Counted from the stretch's first letter, positions 1-12,200 are shown. The stretch is DNA of 49,534 bases from Octopus bimaculoides (GCF_001194135.2 NC_068988.1:37405678-37455211); one strand, 5' to 3'. Program-made: numbers and translations. Notes: a model not told the origin generated them from the letters alone.

Positions 1-56
<56 letters not shown>
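1..56. repeat. (GT)n microsatellite
   Basis: Perfect GT dinucleotide run from base 1. Confidence 0.98.
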
Positions 57-60
<4 letters not shown>

Positions 61-544
61 ATACATGTGTATGTATGTATGTATGTATTCACTGGAATTT
101 TTTAGTTGTGTTGCTCAACCGAAAACTTTCCTAATGTCTCTATGAGAAAGCAAAAAAGAAATCGCTCGCTTTATTCTATATCTCTCAATGCTTCAATACT
201 GAGTCTTAGTTGTTTTTGAATACCAAATAGGCGATGTGACTAAGTATTATCCCATTGGTTTCAACGGTTGTGAATGACACTATTCTACCGAAAGTAGAAT
301 AATATCCTAATGATAAATGGCAGATAGAAAATGTTGGCTTAAAACTTGGTTATGGAAACAAAGTTAAAAAGGTCGGCAAAATTGAATTAAATTGAATGGA
401 AATAGAAATTTAGTTAAGAGAGTAATTACTGCATGGATGGAAATTTTTTCTATTAATTCTATTTATCGTTATTTGATTTTAGCTGCGATAATTTGGATGG
501 CCGCTTAAATGACAGAATGGTTTCGACGTAGATAGACATACAGA

Positions 545-581
545 CGTGCAGACCGACAGACAAACAGACAGACAGACAGAC

Positions 582-636
<55 letters not shown>

Positions 637-761
637 GTGAGAGAGATTAAATGATTTGTGTATTACTCTTAAATGTGTAAGATAACCTGTTAGTTTTATA
701 CCAAGCGAGTGAACTATGGCCATAAGAAGGTGTGAATTTATACAAGTATACGACATGTCCA

Positions 762-819
<58 letters not shown>
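545..819. repeat. Two (GATA)n/(GACA)n tetranucleotide tracts (~545-634, ~762-819)
   Basis: Direct reading; source of the spurious LSIY-repeat ORFs. Confidence 0.95.
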
Positions 820-821
<2 letters not shown>

Positions 822-1489
822 AAGAGATGCATATATACAGTGGTTTATTGACACGGAAATTCGATGAGAATTCATCAAAAGAAACGGTATCTTAGTCGAT
901 ATATCGATCTATTTCCTAGGATGCCAACATCAATCGAAGACAAACGACTCGCTAAATTGCTTCTGCACAAGATTCTTTCTTCTTCGTAGTATTGTCAAAC
1001 TAAGAATTTATCTCGCACATTTTACTAGTTTTATTTGCTGTTTTAGTTTTTGCTGGTATTTTTTATCATTACCATTGTTTTCGAGAAATGTGTTGTATGT
1101 GCATGTGCCTCATCCATTCATCTGTACATGTAGGTGTGGTGGGGCTAGCTACATAAATCTCTTGTAGGTCGAAGACGGATGACCCGTACAGTACACATAA
1201 TATTATTTCTTACTTTGTCGCAAAGACTTATATTTTGCGGTAGGGGTGTTTTTGATTAGATTTCTTCTCATACATAACAGTTACTTATTTTATTGAAACA
1301 GGGGAAATGAAATATGTACCCGGTCCAATTTGAACACGAATTATGCGATCTTTTTTATTTTTGTATTTATTTTTCCCAGTTTCTTGTTATTGCGTGATTT
1401 TATTGCGCTACGCAGTACAGTTTTATGTGTCTTGGCTACTTACAATGTATTGTTTTAGTTTTGTACATTTTTTATTGTGCTCGCGGTAC

Positions 1490-1740
1490 GTAACAGAGAC
1501 GCAGCTCTTGGTAAGGATGTTTTCTCTATATTTTATATGTGTTAGTCCTGGAGCGTGTGTTATGTATTTGTCTGTAATGTTTTTTAATCATTCCCAATTC
1601 AATTTTATAGGTTTCTTTATGTTTTCAATCCATATTCTGGTTGTCTTTATTTCTTGATCTTTATATTTGAATAATTTCTCCTAATCTTTTAGAGTTATTT
1701 TCTGTTTCTTTCAAAAAAAATTTTTACCATTTCTTTTACA
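1490..1740 (-). mobile_element. Highly decayed 3' end of an R4/Dong-like LINE
   Basis: Minus strand reads approx. KYKDQEIKTTRIW...DKYITHAPGL, matching KYKDLEIEITRMW...DKYITKTPGL of the copy at 8762-8978. Confidence 0.55.
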
Positions 1741-2559
1741 GCTATTGTTTACCGTTGTCGCAGCATTTCACAGAGCTTCTTTTAGAAGGTAATTTGTTCG
1801 GGGATTATTTGAAGGAATGTTTTCAACGAAAGAGCTTAAGAATATTTCAATGTCTACCCCAATTACCTGAGATAGAAAAGGAGATTAGTCTTTAGACATT
1901 TATTGTGTACATATATTTCCGCAAACAACCATTTTACTTTGTTTGTTTATTAATAGTTCGATACAGCCACTTCCATAGTAAGGTGGTGTTAGTCACATTG
2001 GTGGTAACAATCACTATACCATTCCAAAAACAAAAATAAGAATGTTTGAGACCACAGAGACATTTCGAGAAGAAAAGGAAGAACTGATGAATAACCTTTT
2101 AACAAAAAGAAACAATTACAGTTTGACAATCACATTAAAAAAGTGACGGAAACAAATTTAAATAACAATAACAAAAACACCATCAGCAAGAACAATAAAT
2201 CTTTTGCTATTCTCACAAGCCAAAAAGAGATACTAAATGTCAGTCAACTCTAGGTTTTTAAAACGTGAGTAAAATTTACGTGACAAAAGTTAGTACTTCC
2301 TGATCAAGAGAATTTTTCCAAAACAATAACAAGAACAACTGATATCTCAGTTGTACAAAACAATCGACGCTTCTTCCGTATTTTCTCATTTAGCCATACA
2401 TACTCTGGCCGATGTATCAAATGATGTATGCTCCCTATATGCAAGTGTGTGTTTAGTCTTCATGACCGATAATGATATGAAAGCAAGCAGAACGGGTGAT
2501 TCGCACGTGTCATCACAAACTGCATCTAAATTACGACCAGTTGGTGAATGTCATCGCCG

Positions 2560-4503
2560 TTGTGATGATTCCTTGAGATCGAAGTTGATGGTCTTTGTAT
2601 GTTCATGTTTCTTTGGTGGGGCTGTTTTTTTATTCGATTTTTTAATAGTTATTGATGGATTATGAGGTGACTGATGAGTTCAATTCTTGCTCGGAAGTTC
2701 CTTCCACAAGTAGGACAGGTAGTTGCGGAAGGAATGTCCCTTCTTGGTTGTTTTTCTCGATTTTTTGGCGCTTCCTATTTTCTTTATGCTCAGCAGTCCT
2801 GCTGGTCTCAAAAGTTGCTAGTCCCTCTGATGATGGATCACCAGCGTTCTTGGTCCTGAGAATTGCTCTCTTATTTCTAAGTATAAATATTGCAATTCTT
2901 GAAAGCGGTGAGCCGGCAGGATCGTTAGCTCGCCGGGTAAAATGCTTAGCGGCATTTCGTCAGCGTTTACGTCCTGAGTTCAAAATCCACCAAGCTCGAC
3001 TTTGATTTTAATCTTTACGAGGTCGATGAAATAAGTACCAGTTGAAGCCTTGGGTCAGCCGAGAAATTGCTGACCTTGTGTCAAAATTTGAAATGAATAT
3101 TACTAGTCTTGAAATTGGCTTTCAGGGCATCTTTGAATCTTTACTTTTGCCCTCCTCTTATTCGTTTTCCTACTTTTAGTTGGGAGTATAGAAGCTGCAT
3201 CGGTAAACGATTGTTTTTCATCCGTATATCATGACTAGTCCATCTCAGCTGTTTCTGGATGATAATAGCCTCAATGGAGAGCATGTTGGCTTCTTCCAAC
3301 GCACTCATGTTTGACCCTTTTTTTTTCTCTTCCCAGCCGATGTAGATAATACATCGAAGGCAGCATTGATGGTACATTTCAAGAGCTTTTATGTGTCTTC
3401 TATACATAGTCCAGGGCTTAGGTGCGTATAGGAGCGTGGAGATGACCACTGTCTTGTATACCATCATTTCTGTGTCAGTTCGAAAGTCTCGATTTTGGAA
3501 TATTCTCGTTCAGAGACGACCAAAGGCAGCACCGGCACTTTAGAGACGACACTAGATTTTGTCAATGATATCAGTATTAGAAGACAGACGACTTCCCAGA
3601 TACGAAAAATGAGTTACGTTTTCTAATACTGTGTCCTCGGTTCCAGTGCCTGGTTGCACACTCTTTGCCTCAACTGGTAATGGCTGGAGGATGACTTGTG
3701 TCTTTTGCAATTGACGGTGAGTCCCAGTTTTATGTAACCTTAATGAAAGGCATTGAGAAGGCATATTGAAATCGGATGATGAAGCATATCGAGATTTCGC
3801 TTTTTGGACCTCAGTTGGGCAAGATTGAAAAGTTTATTTTTGGTTCTATAAATAGTTTCAACTCCTGGTGGGAGATCATCTTTGATGATTTCTATGGTGG
3901 TGGCAATGAAGACGGTGAAAAGTGTGGGACGCAGCCTTGTTTCACTCCTGATCTTACTTGAAATGATTTATTGTCACTGTTGCTGACTAGGACGCTCACA
4001 ATCACAATGTCATAGAGAAGCTGAAGCAATCGAATGTATTTATCAAGTCTTCGGTAAATGGATAGGATGTTCCACAGGAGTTCTCTCGAAACTGAGTCGA
4101 AGACCTTAGTAAAATCAATAAATGCCATGTACAAAGGTTGAAGTCGTTCGCGGCATTTATCTTTCAGGTGTTGCATGGCAAAAATCATATTAGTCGTTCC
4201 GTGTGATGCTCTGAATCCAGCTTGAGTCTCCGAAAGGATCATCTCAGTGACTGTTTCATTCTGTTGTTCAACATATAGGCCAGGATCTTTCCTAAAATTA
4301 CTAACAGGTATTCTTCGAGAGTTTCCACAGTTTGAACTATTTCCTTTCTACTTCTAGATGGTAACAATATTTGAATCTTTCATATCAGGTGGCATTTTCT
4401 CATTTATCCAAATTTTGTTCAGATGCTGGTGGAGTTGGAATCAAATTCCCTCCTGACCTGAATGCCTCACTTTGTATTCCATCTGGTCCTGCAGCTTTGT
4501 TAT
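2560..4503 (-). mobile_element. RTE-clade LINE, 3' half (RT, thumb, C-terminal Cys/His tail), frameshifted
   Basis: NKAAGPDGI start; QAGFRASHGTTNMIF...LYMAFIDFTKVFDSV; GVKQGC; FSYLGS; tail CPTCGRNFRARIELISHL near 2660-2720. Interrupted by a SINE at 2905-3106. Confidence 0.92.
2905..3106 (+). mobile_element. tRNA-derived SINE family A, inserted in the RTE
   Basis: Head GCGGTGAGCCGGCAGGATCGTTAG, B-box-like GAGTTCAAAATCC; 8-bp TSD TCTTGAAA (2897-2904 / 3107-3114). Removing it restores RTE frame LKANFKNCNI. Confidence 0.9.
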
Positions 4504-4504
4504 T

Positions 4505-4960
4505 TCAACAACTCTTTGACAACAAAAGCAATGCCTTTATTCCTCTACAAATTTTTAACAGTATGGCTACAAAAAGTAAAGTGCTAAGAATTCAAAACCA
4601 CCGTTCAAAGGGACACACCATACCTAAAACCTTATTGGTGAAGGGAAAAGACTTATGAAATTCAAAAGCTAGCTAACGCCAAAATTACACTTTTGGTCCT
4701 TCAACGCATGATCAAGCCCCTCTCAAAAGCATAGATGGTAACACCATTCTTAAATCTAACGTTGTTGTCAGTGCCACGTTGAAGGAACACTTTGAGGATT
4801 TACTGAATAAACCAGTCATCTTTGACCAACATGTAGTAACCAACATCCCAAAACAACCAATGGAACATTCCCTCGGCAAATCTCTGACCGTAGATGAGGT
4901 TAGAGAAGCCACCAGCGGCTTAAAAAATAACAAAGCTTGAGGACCAAATGGAATACGAAG
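4505..4960 (+). mobile_element. RTE LINE EN-RT linker fragment, opposite orientation to the adjacent 3' half
   Basis: Plus strand: GPSTHDQAPLKSIDGNTILKS...LKEHFEDLLNKP...SLTVDEVREATSGLKNNKA*GPNGI. Confidence 0.85.
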
Positions 4961-5559
4961 ATGGTGAATTTTTGCGTGACTTGAAAGCAGCAAGCGGTCA
5001 GATCTGCATGGATCACCAGGAATTAAAATGCACAAGCACCACAAGGATATACCTGATTTATATTTCCTTGAAGGATAGGAGAGAATACGATTATACCAAT
5101 GAAGCGGAGAAGAAACTTTCTTGTTGCATGTGTCATAATAAAGGCTCCTGCCCAGGAGGAACAAAGCTAAAAGAATGGAGGAGTAACCAAAAAGAGCTGA
5201 AGCGGCAACAACAGCTTTCTCAAGACCACGACAGCTACTTCTGCTTTGATTGGTCACTAAAGCACTAGAAGAGTCAGAGTTGACATACTGAGAAACAAAA
5301 TAACCGCATCTCACTAATACTGGTACTTGGGTTTTGTTTAGCACGACATCGATGAACCGAGGTGTCGCGTCCTCCCGCACATAGCCGGATAGAATTTACG
5401 AGCAGCAATTTCATCCCCTTTGCTGTGAAGTTATGGGCTTGATATCTATTTTATTTTAACTAAGTTCTTGATATGATCGCATTAGAGTTGAGCTACTTGT
5501 TTTGTTGAAATAATCATTGTCGTTTTTTCTTATACTGAGGAATACTTTGCAATTTAGCA

Positions 5560-5960
5560 ATGAACTATTCCTTCAAACGTTCTTTACTTCTGGTGATTTA
5601 TTTTTTGTATTATTACAGACTTTTCTTCACATTTACTGACTTTTCTGCGTAGTTCTGTTCCATGTATGTTTTCTTTCTTTGCGAGGGCGTTGGTATTCCT
5701 TTAGGAACAACAGTAGTATTCCTTTGTAACAACAGTGGCTGTTATATATTATTTCAGTTAACTCGGCAATTTGACGTTTGTGTTTGATGTTATTAATCCT
5801 GTAATAACCAGTTTAGCCTTTTCTTTATAGTTCTTTCTATCGCTGAGTTTTATGTTCGATATGCACCTTCGTCATCTCAAGAAAGATTCTTATATGCCTT
5901 GTAATTCTTGATTTATTTTTACCCTTTGGAAAGTCATGATCGGGAATTCTACCTTCAGAG
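5560..5960 (-). mobile_element. Possible decayed N-terminal region of an R4-like LINE
   Basis: Minus strand IAELTEIIY..ATVVT and RRKVSKM*RK resemble the recalled R4 N-terminal pattern; many stops. Confidence 0.35.
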
Positions 5961-6673
5961 TTTTCTACTCTCAAATCTTCTTCATATTACATGCCTTTGT
6001 GTTTGCAACCTTTCTGTGTGTGTGTGTGTTACTCTTTTATTCTTCTTTTGTAATATATTCTTTCTATTAAATATGTTGTTTTAATTTTTTATCATTTGTT
6101 TAGTTTTAACAATCTATCTCCTAAATTAGCTCATCTGTCCGTGTCCAGTGCTACATTTTGCCCTGGGTATTTTTCTTTTCCGCTTTTACACAAATATATA
6201 TGACCATACATTCAGAGGTTTTTTTAATTTTTTTAGAAGAGGTTTCACAAAAAAATATGCATTTAGAAAAGAAGCATATTACTGTCGAGTCTCTTTGTGA
6301 ATTTTTTTTCATTATATATGGAATATAGAATTTTTGTACGGCCATTTTTCTTACACTTTAAGCATCAGATTCAAACACTACATTCCTACATTAATAACTT
6401 TGCGATGTATGTCCTTATTTCTGCTTTCACAGTTTTGTAAATCGTGCATTGATAGTTGTTTACACATAGTATGAGATCGGTAACTACTGTGAACGTTGAT
6501 AATACATCAATAAACGATCAATAAATTTTACAAGTATTATGCAATTTTCTTCAAAGTGATATTTTGATCATTTTTTTTTCCGGTTTGTTTCGTTATATTT
6601 TCATTCGTTGTCACTCGATATATTTTGGAGAAGTCAAACAGTGATCACCGATGTTAAATGTCCCAAATATTCT

Positions 6674-6696
6674 ATTACTACTACTATTACTACTAT

Positions 6697-6752
<56 letters not shown>

Positions 6753-6776
6753 TCATTATTATTATTATTATTATAG
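6674..6776. repeat. Compound (TAC)n/(TAT)n microsatellite
   Basis: Direct reading; abuts the 3' end of the R4-like LINE. Confidence 0.97.
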
Positions 6777-6779
6777 ATG

Positions 6780-8278
6780 TCACACAATATACAATATCGT
6801 GAGGTTGTTGATTAAAGATATTGTCTACCGGGGATATGTACTGCTGGTCAAATCACAAGGACCTCAGATAGACAGTACTTTACGCAATATGCTTGCAGTT
6901 CCGAGTAATGCCGACTTTTGCAACACACCTAGATTGTAGAGTATTTCTAAAGTTTGCAGATGTTTTTTTCAGATTGGGTGGTATTGAACCTAATGCTCCG
7001 ATGACAATAGGGATAGCCTTTATGTTTGACTCTCGTAGCTGCCACATCTTTACTCTTTCTTTCATGATATGTTGATCTCCTGGCACTGCCATGTCGATTA
7101 TCAGACACTCTTGTTTGTCCCTCCTAAAGGTTACTATATCTGGCCTTCGGTGCTGTAATACAGTGTCTGTCTGGAAGTCAAAGAAGTCCCGGAGGGTTTT
7201 TGCCTTCCCCTTTTCGTCCATTACCTTTTCCGTTGTATGTTGTTACCAAACATCCGTAACCTCATATCCATACTTACGACATAGTAGCCAGTAGAGCTTT
7301 TGGGCTACCTTCTCGTGTCTACGATTGTACTCTTTCTGTGCAAGACTTTAACTTTTACTAACAATGTGAGTCACGTTTTCGACCCTCTTCCCACACATTC
7401 TGCAGTGGTCCGTTGCACTTGTGTGGTATATATTCTTTTTTACCGAGTTGGTATTTAATGCCTGGTTCTGGGCAGCGATGATTAGGCTTTCGGTATTCTT
7501 TTTTAGGTTCACTTCCATGATGCTTCCTGGTCTTTTAATTTGTTTGTTTCTCGGTGCAACTGACCATGTAATTTCATGCGGAATAGGGTTTCTTCTCTCT
7601 CGTTGGCTGTTCTTGATCGGAATTCATGAGCAGTCTCAAGTCCATTTTTGTTAAATCTTTCTGCATTAGCAGCGTACTGTAGCAGGTCTTGTTTGCTGTT
7701 TACCAAATATTCTGCCATGTTTCTTCTTTCATTGTTGATGCACTCCCGTACGCTAATCAGCCCACATCCACTTTACCCCTCTTCATGTAGAGCCTGTGTA
7801 TATTCGTCATAGGGTGGAGGACACCATAAATTGTCATTTCGGGTAGTGGGATCGAGTTGTTTAATCTCTGCTTGTGTTCAATTGAGGATGGGTGCACTAT
7901 AACGGACTACAGCAACCACCCATATGTTGATGGCAGTCGCAAGGTTCCTTGAGTTGAGTTTTGAAGGCAAAAGAAGTTTAAGGCGCTTGAAATATGCAGT
8001 CATGACCTTGTCTTTCATTTCTTCCTGCAAGATATTGTCCATCTCTAGGATCCCAAGGTACTTGTATCCATCATCATCCGGGTCTTCCATTGTCTCTTCG
8101 TTTGGCAATTGTATGTCCCTACAATTTACTCTTTTCCCCCGTTTCACAGTGAGCACCGCACACTTCGAGATACTGAATTCCATCCCTATATCCTTGCTGC
8201 ATATTTTATTTGCAGCCTCAACCAGCCCCTTAATTTCAGGTTCTGTTTTTGAGAAAAGTTTAAAATCATCCATGATTT
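6780..8278 (-). mobile_element. R4/Dong-like RLE non-LTR retrotransposon, 5'-truncated at the RT catalytic motif, internally deleted
   Basis: MDDFKLF...YKYLGILE (RT/thumb); CRMCGKRVENVTHIV CCHC-type zinc motif near 7380-7420; RHEKV; RRPDIVTFRRDKQECLIIDMAVPGD (PD..D restriction-like endonuclease); IPIVIGALG. Confidence 0.93.
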
Positions 8279-8297
8279 CTTCTTCTTCTTCTTCTTC

Positions 8298-8340
<43 letters not shown>

Positions 8341-8420
8341 GGCAGTTGTAGTTGTTGTAGTAGCAGTAGTAGTAGTTGTTGTTGTTGTCATTATTATTAT
8401 TGTTGTTATTGTTATCCTTA
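8279..8420. repeat. Compound (TTC)/(TAT)/(GTT)/(AGT) microsatellite
   Basis: Direct reading. Confidence 0.95.
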
Positions 8421-8423
8421 CTG

Positions 8424-8665
8424 AGGCGGCTAGCTTGCAGAATCGTTAGCGCTCCGAAGGAAATGCTTAATGGTATTTCGCCCCCCGTCGCTACATTCTG
8501 AATTCAAATTCCACCGAGGGAGGTTGACTTTACCTTTCATCCTTTCGGGATCGATAAAATAATTACCAATTGAACACTAGTGTCGATATAATCGACTCAT
8601 CGCCTCTCCAAAAGTGGCTGTCCTTGTGGTAAAATTTGAAGCCATTATTATTATTATTATTATTC
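8424..8665 (+). mobile_element. SINE family A with (ATT)n tail
   Basis: GGCGGCTAGCTTGCAGAATCGTTAG head; central CTTTCATCCTTTCGGGATCGATAAAATAA; tail ...AAAATTTGAAGCC(ATT)n. Confidence 0.9.
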
Positions 8666-10151
8666 AGTAGTTTTATTTTTATAACGTGCTTTCACTTCAC
8701 TACCGAGCGCAGCTCTGTGCGCCTTGGGTATGTGCTGTGGTTTGCTGTGGTGCTCTTATGTTTACTGTATTGAAAGTGTTTTGCGTAGAATGTGTGCAGT
8801 ACCCAGTAGTGCAATTTTCTGTATGTTATATATATTTGTAAGTCCTGGTGTTTTTGTTATGTATTTGTCTGAATATTTTTTTATTATACCTAAGGCACCT
8901 ACTATGATAGGAATTGTTTCTGTTTTTAGATTCCACATTCGAGTTATCTCTATTTCCAGGTCTTTGTATTTTGAAAGTNNNNNNNNNNNNNNNNNNNNNN
9001 NNNNNNNNNNNNNNNNNNNNNNNNNNNNNNNNNNNNNNNNNNNNNNNNNNNNNNNNNNNNNNNNNNNNNNNNNNNNNNNNNNNNNNNNNNNNNNNNNNNN
9101 NNNNNNNNNNNNNNNNNNNNNNNNNNNNNNNNNNNNNNNNNNNNNNNNNNNNNNNNNNNNNNNNNNNNNNNNNNNNNNNNNNNNNNNNNNNNNNNNNNNN
9201 NNNNNNNNNNNNNNNNNNNNNNNNNNNNNNNNNNNNNNNNNNNNNNNNNNNNNNNNNNNNNNNNNNNNNNNNNNNNNNNNNNNNNNNNNNNNNNNNNNNN
9301 NNNNNNNNNNNNNNNNNNNNNNNNNNNNNNNNNNNNNNNNNNNNNNNNNNNNNNNNNNNNNNNNNNNNNNNNNNNNNNNNNNNNNNNNNNNNNNNNNNNN
9401 NNNNNNNNNNNNNNNNNNNNNNNNNNNNNNNNNNNNNNNNNNNNNNNNNNNNNNNNNNNNNNNNNNNNNNNNNNNNNNNNNNNNNNNNNNNNNNNNNNNN
9501 NNNNNNNNNNNNNNNNNNNNNNNNNNNNNNNNNNNNNNNNNNNNNNNNNNNNNNNNNNNNNNNNNNNNNNNNNNNNNNNNNNNNNNNNNNNNNNNNNNNN
9601 NNNNNNNNNNNNNNNNNNNNNNNNNNNNNNNNNNNNNNNNNNNNNNNNNNNNNNNNNNNNNNNNNNNNNNNNNNNNNNNNNNNNNNNNNNNNNNNNNNNN
9701 NNNNNNNNNNNNNNNNNNNNNNNNNNNNNNNNNNNNNNNNNNNNNNNNNNNNNNNNNNNNNNNNNNNNNNNNNNNNNNNNNNNNNNNNNNNNNNNTGTTT
9801 TGCTCGTGTTTTGTGGCTATTTGTATTAGTTTCCCTTGCTTCTGGAGTAGGTATTTTTGCAGTCTTATGGTGGTTATTTTATAATAGTTTTCTAGCTGTA
9901 TAAGACCCCTGCCACCTTCTGTGCGTTGTATATATAGCCTTTCTATGTCAGATTTTGGGTGGTGCATCCTATATCCTGTCATTATTTTTCTTGTTTTCCT
10001 GTCTATTTTACATAGTTCGTTTAGTGTCCAGTTAAGGATGTTGTAGCTGTAGCTTATAACTGGGACAGCTAAAGTGTTGATACCCATTATCTTGTTTTTA
10101 GCATTGAGCTCTGTTTTTAGTATTGATCTAACTCGTCTATAGTACTCTTTC

Positions 10152-10152
<1 letters not shown>
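8666..10152 (-). mobile_element. R4/Dong-like LINE, second subfamily, 5'-truncated, spans gap 8979-9795
   Basis: INTLAVPVISYSYNILNWTLNELCKIDRKTRKIMTGYRMHHPKSDIERLY (thumb); KYKDLEIEITRMW...IPIIVGALG...IALLGTAHILRKTL*; 3'UTR; (TTA)n on both flanks. Confidence 0.93.
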
Positions 10153-10194
<42 letters not shown>

Positions 10195-10198
10195 ATAT

Positions 10199-10650
10199 AA
10201 GGTGGCGAGCTAGCTGAATCGTTAGAGCGCTGGTGGAAATGCTTAGCGGTATTTTGCCTGTCGTTACGTTCTGAGTTCAAATTCCGCCGAGGTTGACTTT
10301 GCCTTTCATCCTTTCGGGGTCAATAAAATAATTATCAATTGAACACTGGGGTCGATATAATCGACTCATCCCACCTCCAAGGTACCCTTATGGCAAAAAT
10401 TTAAAATAATAATTATTATTATTATTATATATGGCGGCGAGCTGGTAGAATCGTTAGCACACCGGGCAAAATGCTTCTCGGCATTTCATCTGTCTTTACG
10501 TTCTGAGTTCAAATTCCACCGAGGCCAACTTTGTCTTTCATCCTTTCGGGATACATAAATTAACTACCAGTGAAACACTGGGGTCGATGTAATCGACTAG
10601 TCCCCTCTCGCCAAATTTCAGGTCTTGTGCCTTTAGTAGAACGGATTATT
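10199..10650 (+). mobile_element. Two tandem SINE family A copies (~10199-10410, ~10432-10650) separated by (ATT)n
   Basis: Both show the GGCGAGCT(A/G)G..GAATCGTTAG head, GAGTTCAAATTCC box and CTTTCATCCTTTCGGG core. Confidence 0.92.
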
Positions 10651-10679
10651 CTTGTTGTTGTTGTTGTTTTTGTTTTACT

Positions 10680-11192
10680 TCTCAGAACGCTCGGTTTTGT
10701 TTGCTCTGGTAGATTCTGTAAGAGCGACAGCAGCCTGCCGTAAGAGGTCTCACAGGACCACTTTCCGCTCATTATAGGATTTGATACTTGGTTGTTAATT
10801 ATCGCCGGAGACATTGAACATCCAAGTACCAATCTCAAAATCCTAGCTGTCCCCAGCAGAGCAGGTTTTTGGTCTTTCTCTGCTCTCATGTCAATTCCGA
10901 TTTCTCTGATATATTTGTCGAACTTGGTTGTTAGTGCTCTGAGTGCCCCTGCAACTGCTAGAATGACAGACACTCTCCTCATAGTCCACATTCTTGTAAT
11001 TTAGTCTTTTAGTAGTCTGTAATTTTCAATCTTCGCTAGTTCTTTGCCACTTATATGTGCATCCCTAGGTATTACAATATTTATAATCTTGGTTTCCTTT
11101 TTCCTTTTATCTACCACAACAATATCTGGTCTCCGAGCGTCAATTAGGGAGTCACGTCGAATTGTGAAATGTCACAGTATCTTATATTCCTT
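10680..11192 (-). mobile_element. R4-like LINE 3' fragment, third subfamily
   Basis: RRPDIVVVDKRKKETKII..PRDAHI..KE..KI; GALRALTTKFDKY...ALLGTARILRLVLG; ends at (GTT)n. Confidence 0.88.
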
Positions 11193-11559
11193 GTATACTC
11201 ACACATACGTGCATCTGTATATCCTATCTCCCCTGCATATGCGTGCATACATACATACGTTCACGCATATATACGCACATACGTATGCGTATACACGCAC
11301 GTACACACAAACGCACGCACATATGTATGGATGTACACACATGTGAATATAATTATAAGGTTGTGAAATTCGAGTATGAGTATGAGTGAGGAGTTAGATA
11401 GGGGTTAGAAGTTAAAATATAAATTTATAAGGTCATAGGGATTACCTAAGGGGTATTGTGGAAATGTACTATATGGTCATTTTGACATTTGGATTTATGG
11501 TAGAATTTGAATATGTGGTCGCGAGGTGTAAACCTCATATTCAGTAATAATCTTCTCAC

Positions 11560-12200
11560 ACGAGCTGTTCACAAGATTTGGTGTACCAGATATAATTGTC
11601 TCTGATAACGGAACAGAGTTTGTTTCCGGTGAGTTTAAAAGATTCTGAGATATGTTCACGTTAGAGTATAAAACTATAGCACCGTATCACCCTAGACCGA
11701 ACGGAAGTACCGAACGGAAGTACCGAACGGAAGTACCGAACAGAAGGACCGAACGGTTCGTGGACACTTTTAAGAGGGCTTTAAAGAAAGCTAATAAGGA
11801 AGTCACGGACAAGGTCGCGACCCAACACTTCTTAAGGCTATACAAAGTAACTCCGAACTCAAATGCGCCAGAAGAAAGTTCACCAGCATAATTAATGTTT
11901 TCCAGAAAAGGAAGTCAGTATTCGATAAACCAGTGATGAAAAATGTACGTGCTAATAAAGAAATGCCAAAACTCTTTAGAATCGGTGATAAGGTGTATGT
12001 AAGAATGTACAAAAATGGCAAGTAATACTGGGAAGAAAGAGAAATTGTAACATACATATGAAGAATGATGTATGGTTTAAGAAGCAGAAATGGAATGGAG
12101 ACATAGAAATCAGCTTAAGGAAAGAGTCATAGAAAAGGAACCAACAAGTGGGGAAACATCGATGGATTAGCTATGTGACACTTTTTCGGTTCCAACACTG
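11560..12200 (+). mobile_element. Ty3/Gypsy integrase core and C-terminal remnant
   Basis: FTRFGVPDIIVSDNGTEF; APYHPRPNG..TERFVDTFKRAL; FRIGDKVYVR; internal stops. No paired LTRs identified. Confidence 0.9.

Noticed and set aside
505-832. ORFs with LSIY repeats, and all poly-Y/T/L/N, HT, CV and IY ORFs across the window
   Set aside because: They are translations of microsatellites.
864-1000. Short frames MPTSIEDKRLAKLLLHKILSSS (plus) and a C2-like QKQFSESFVFD (minus)
   Set aside because: Short, stop-bounded, weak splice context; no recognisable family.
2671-2700. CTGATGAG...CTCGGAA hammerhead-like string
   Set aside because: No GAAA, stem III or stem I; antisense of RTE coding sequence.
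8724-10087. Long ORFs of 200-440 aa spanning N runs (also at 15k, 25k, 34k, 36k, 43k)
   Set aside because: Length is an artefact of unknown bases.
11696-11758. 13-bp direct repeats as a CRISPR-like array
   Set aside because: Head-to-tail with no spacers, inside a eukaryotic Gypsy integrase.
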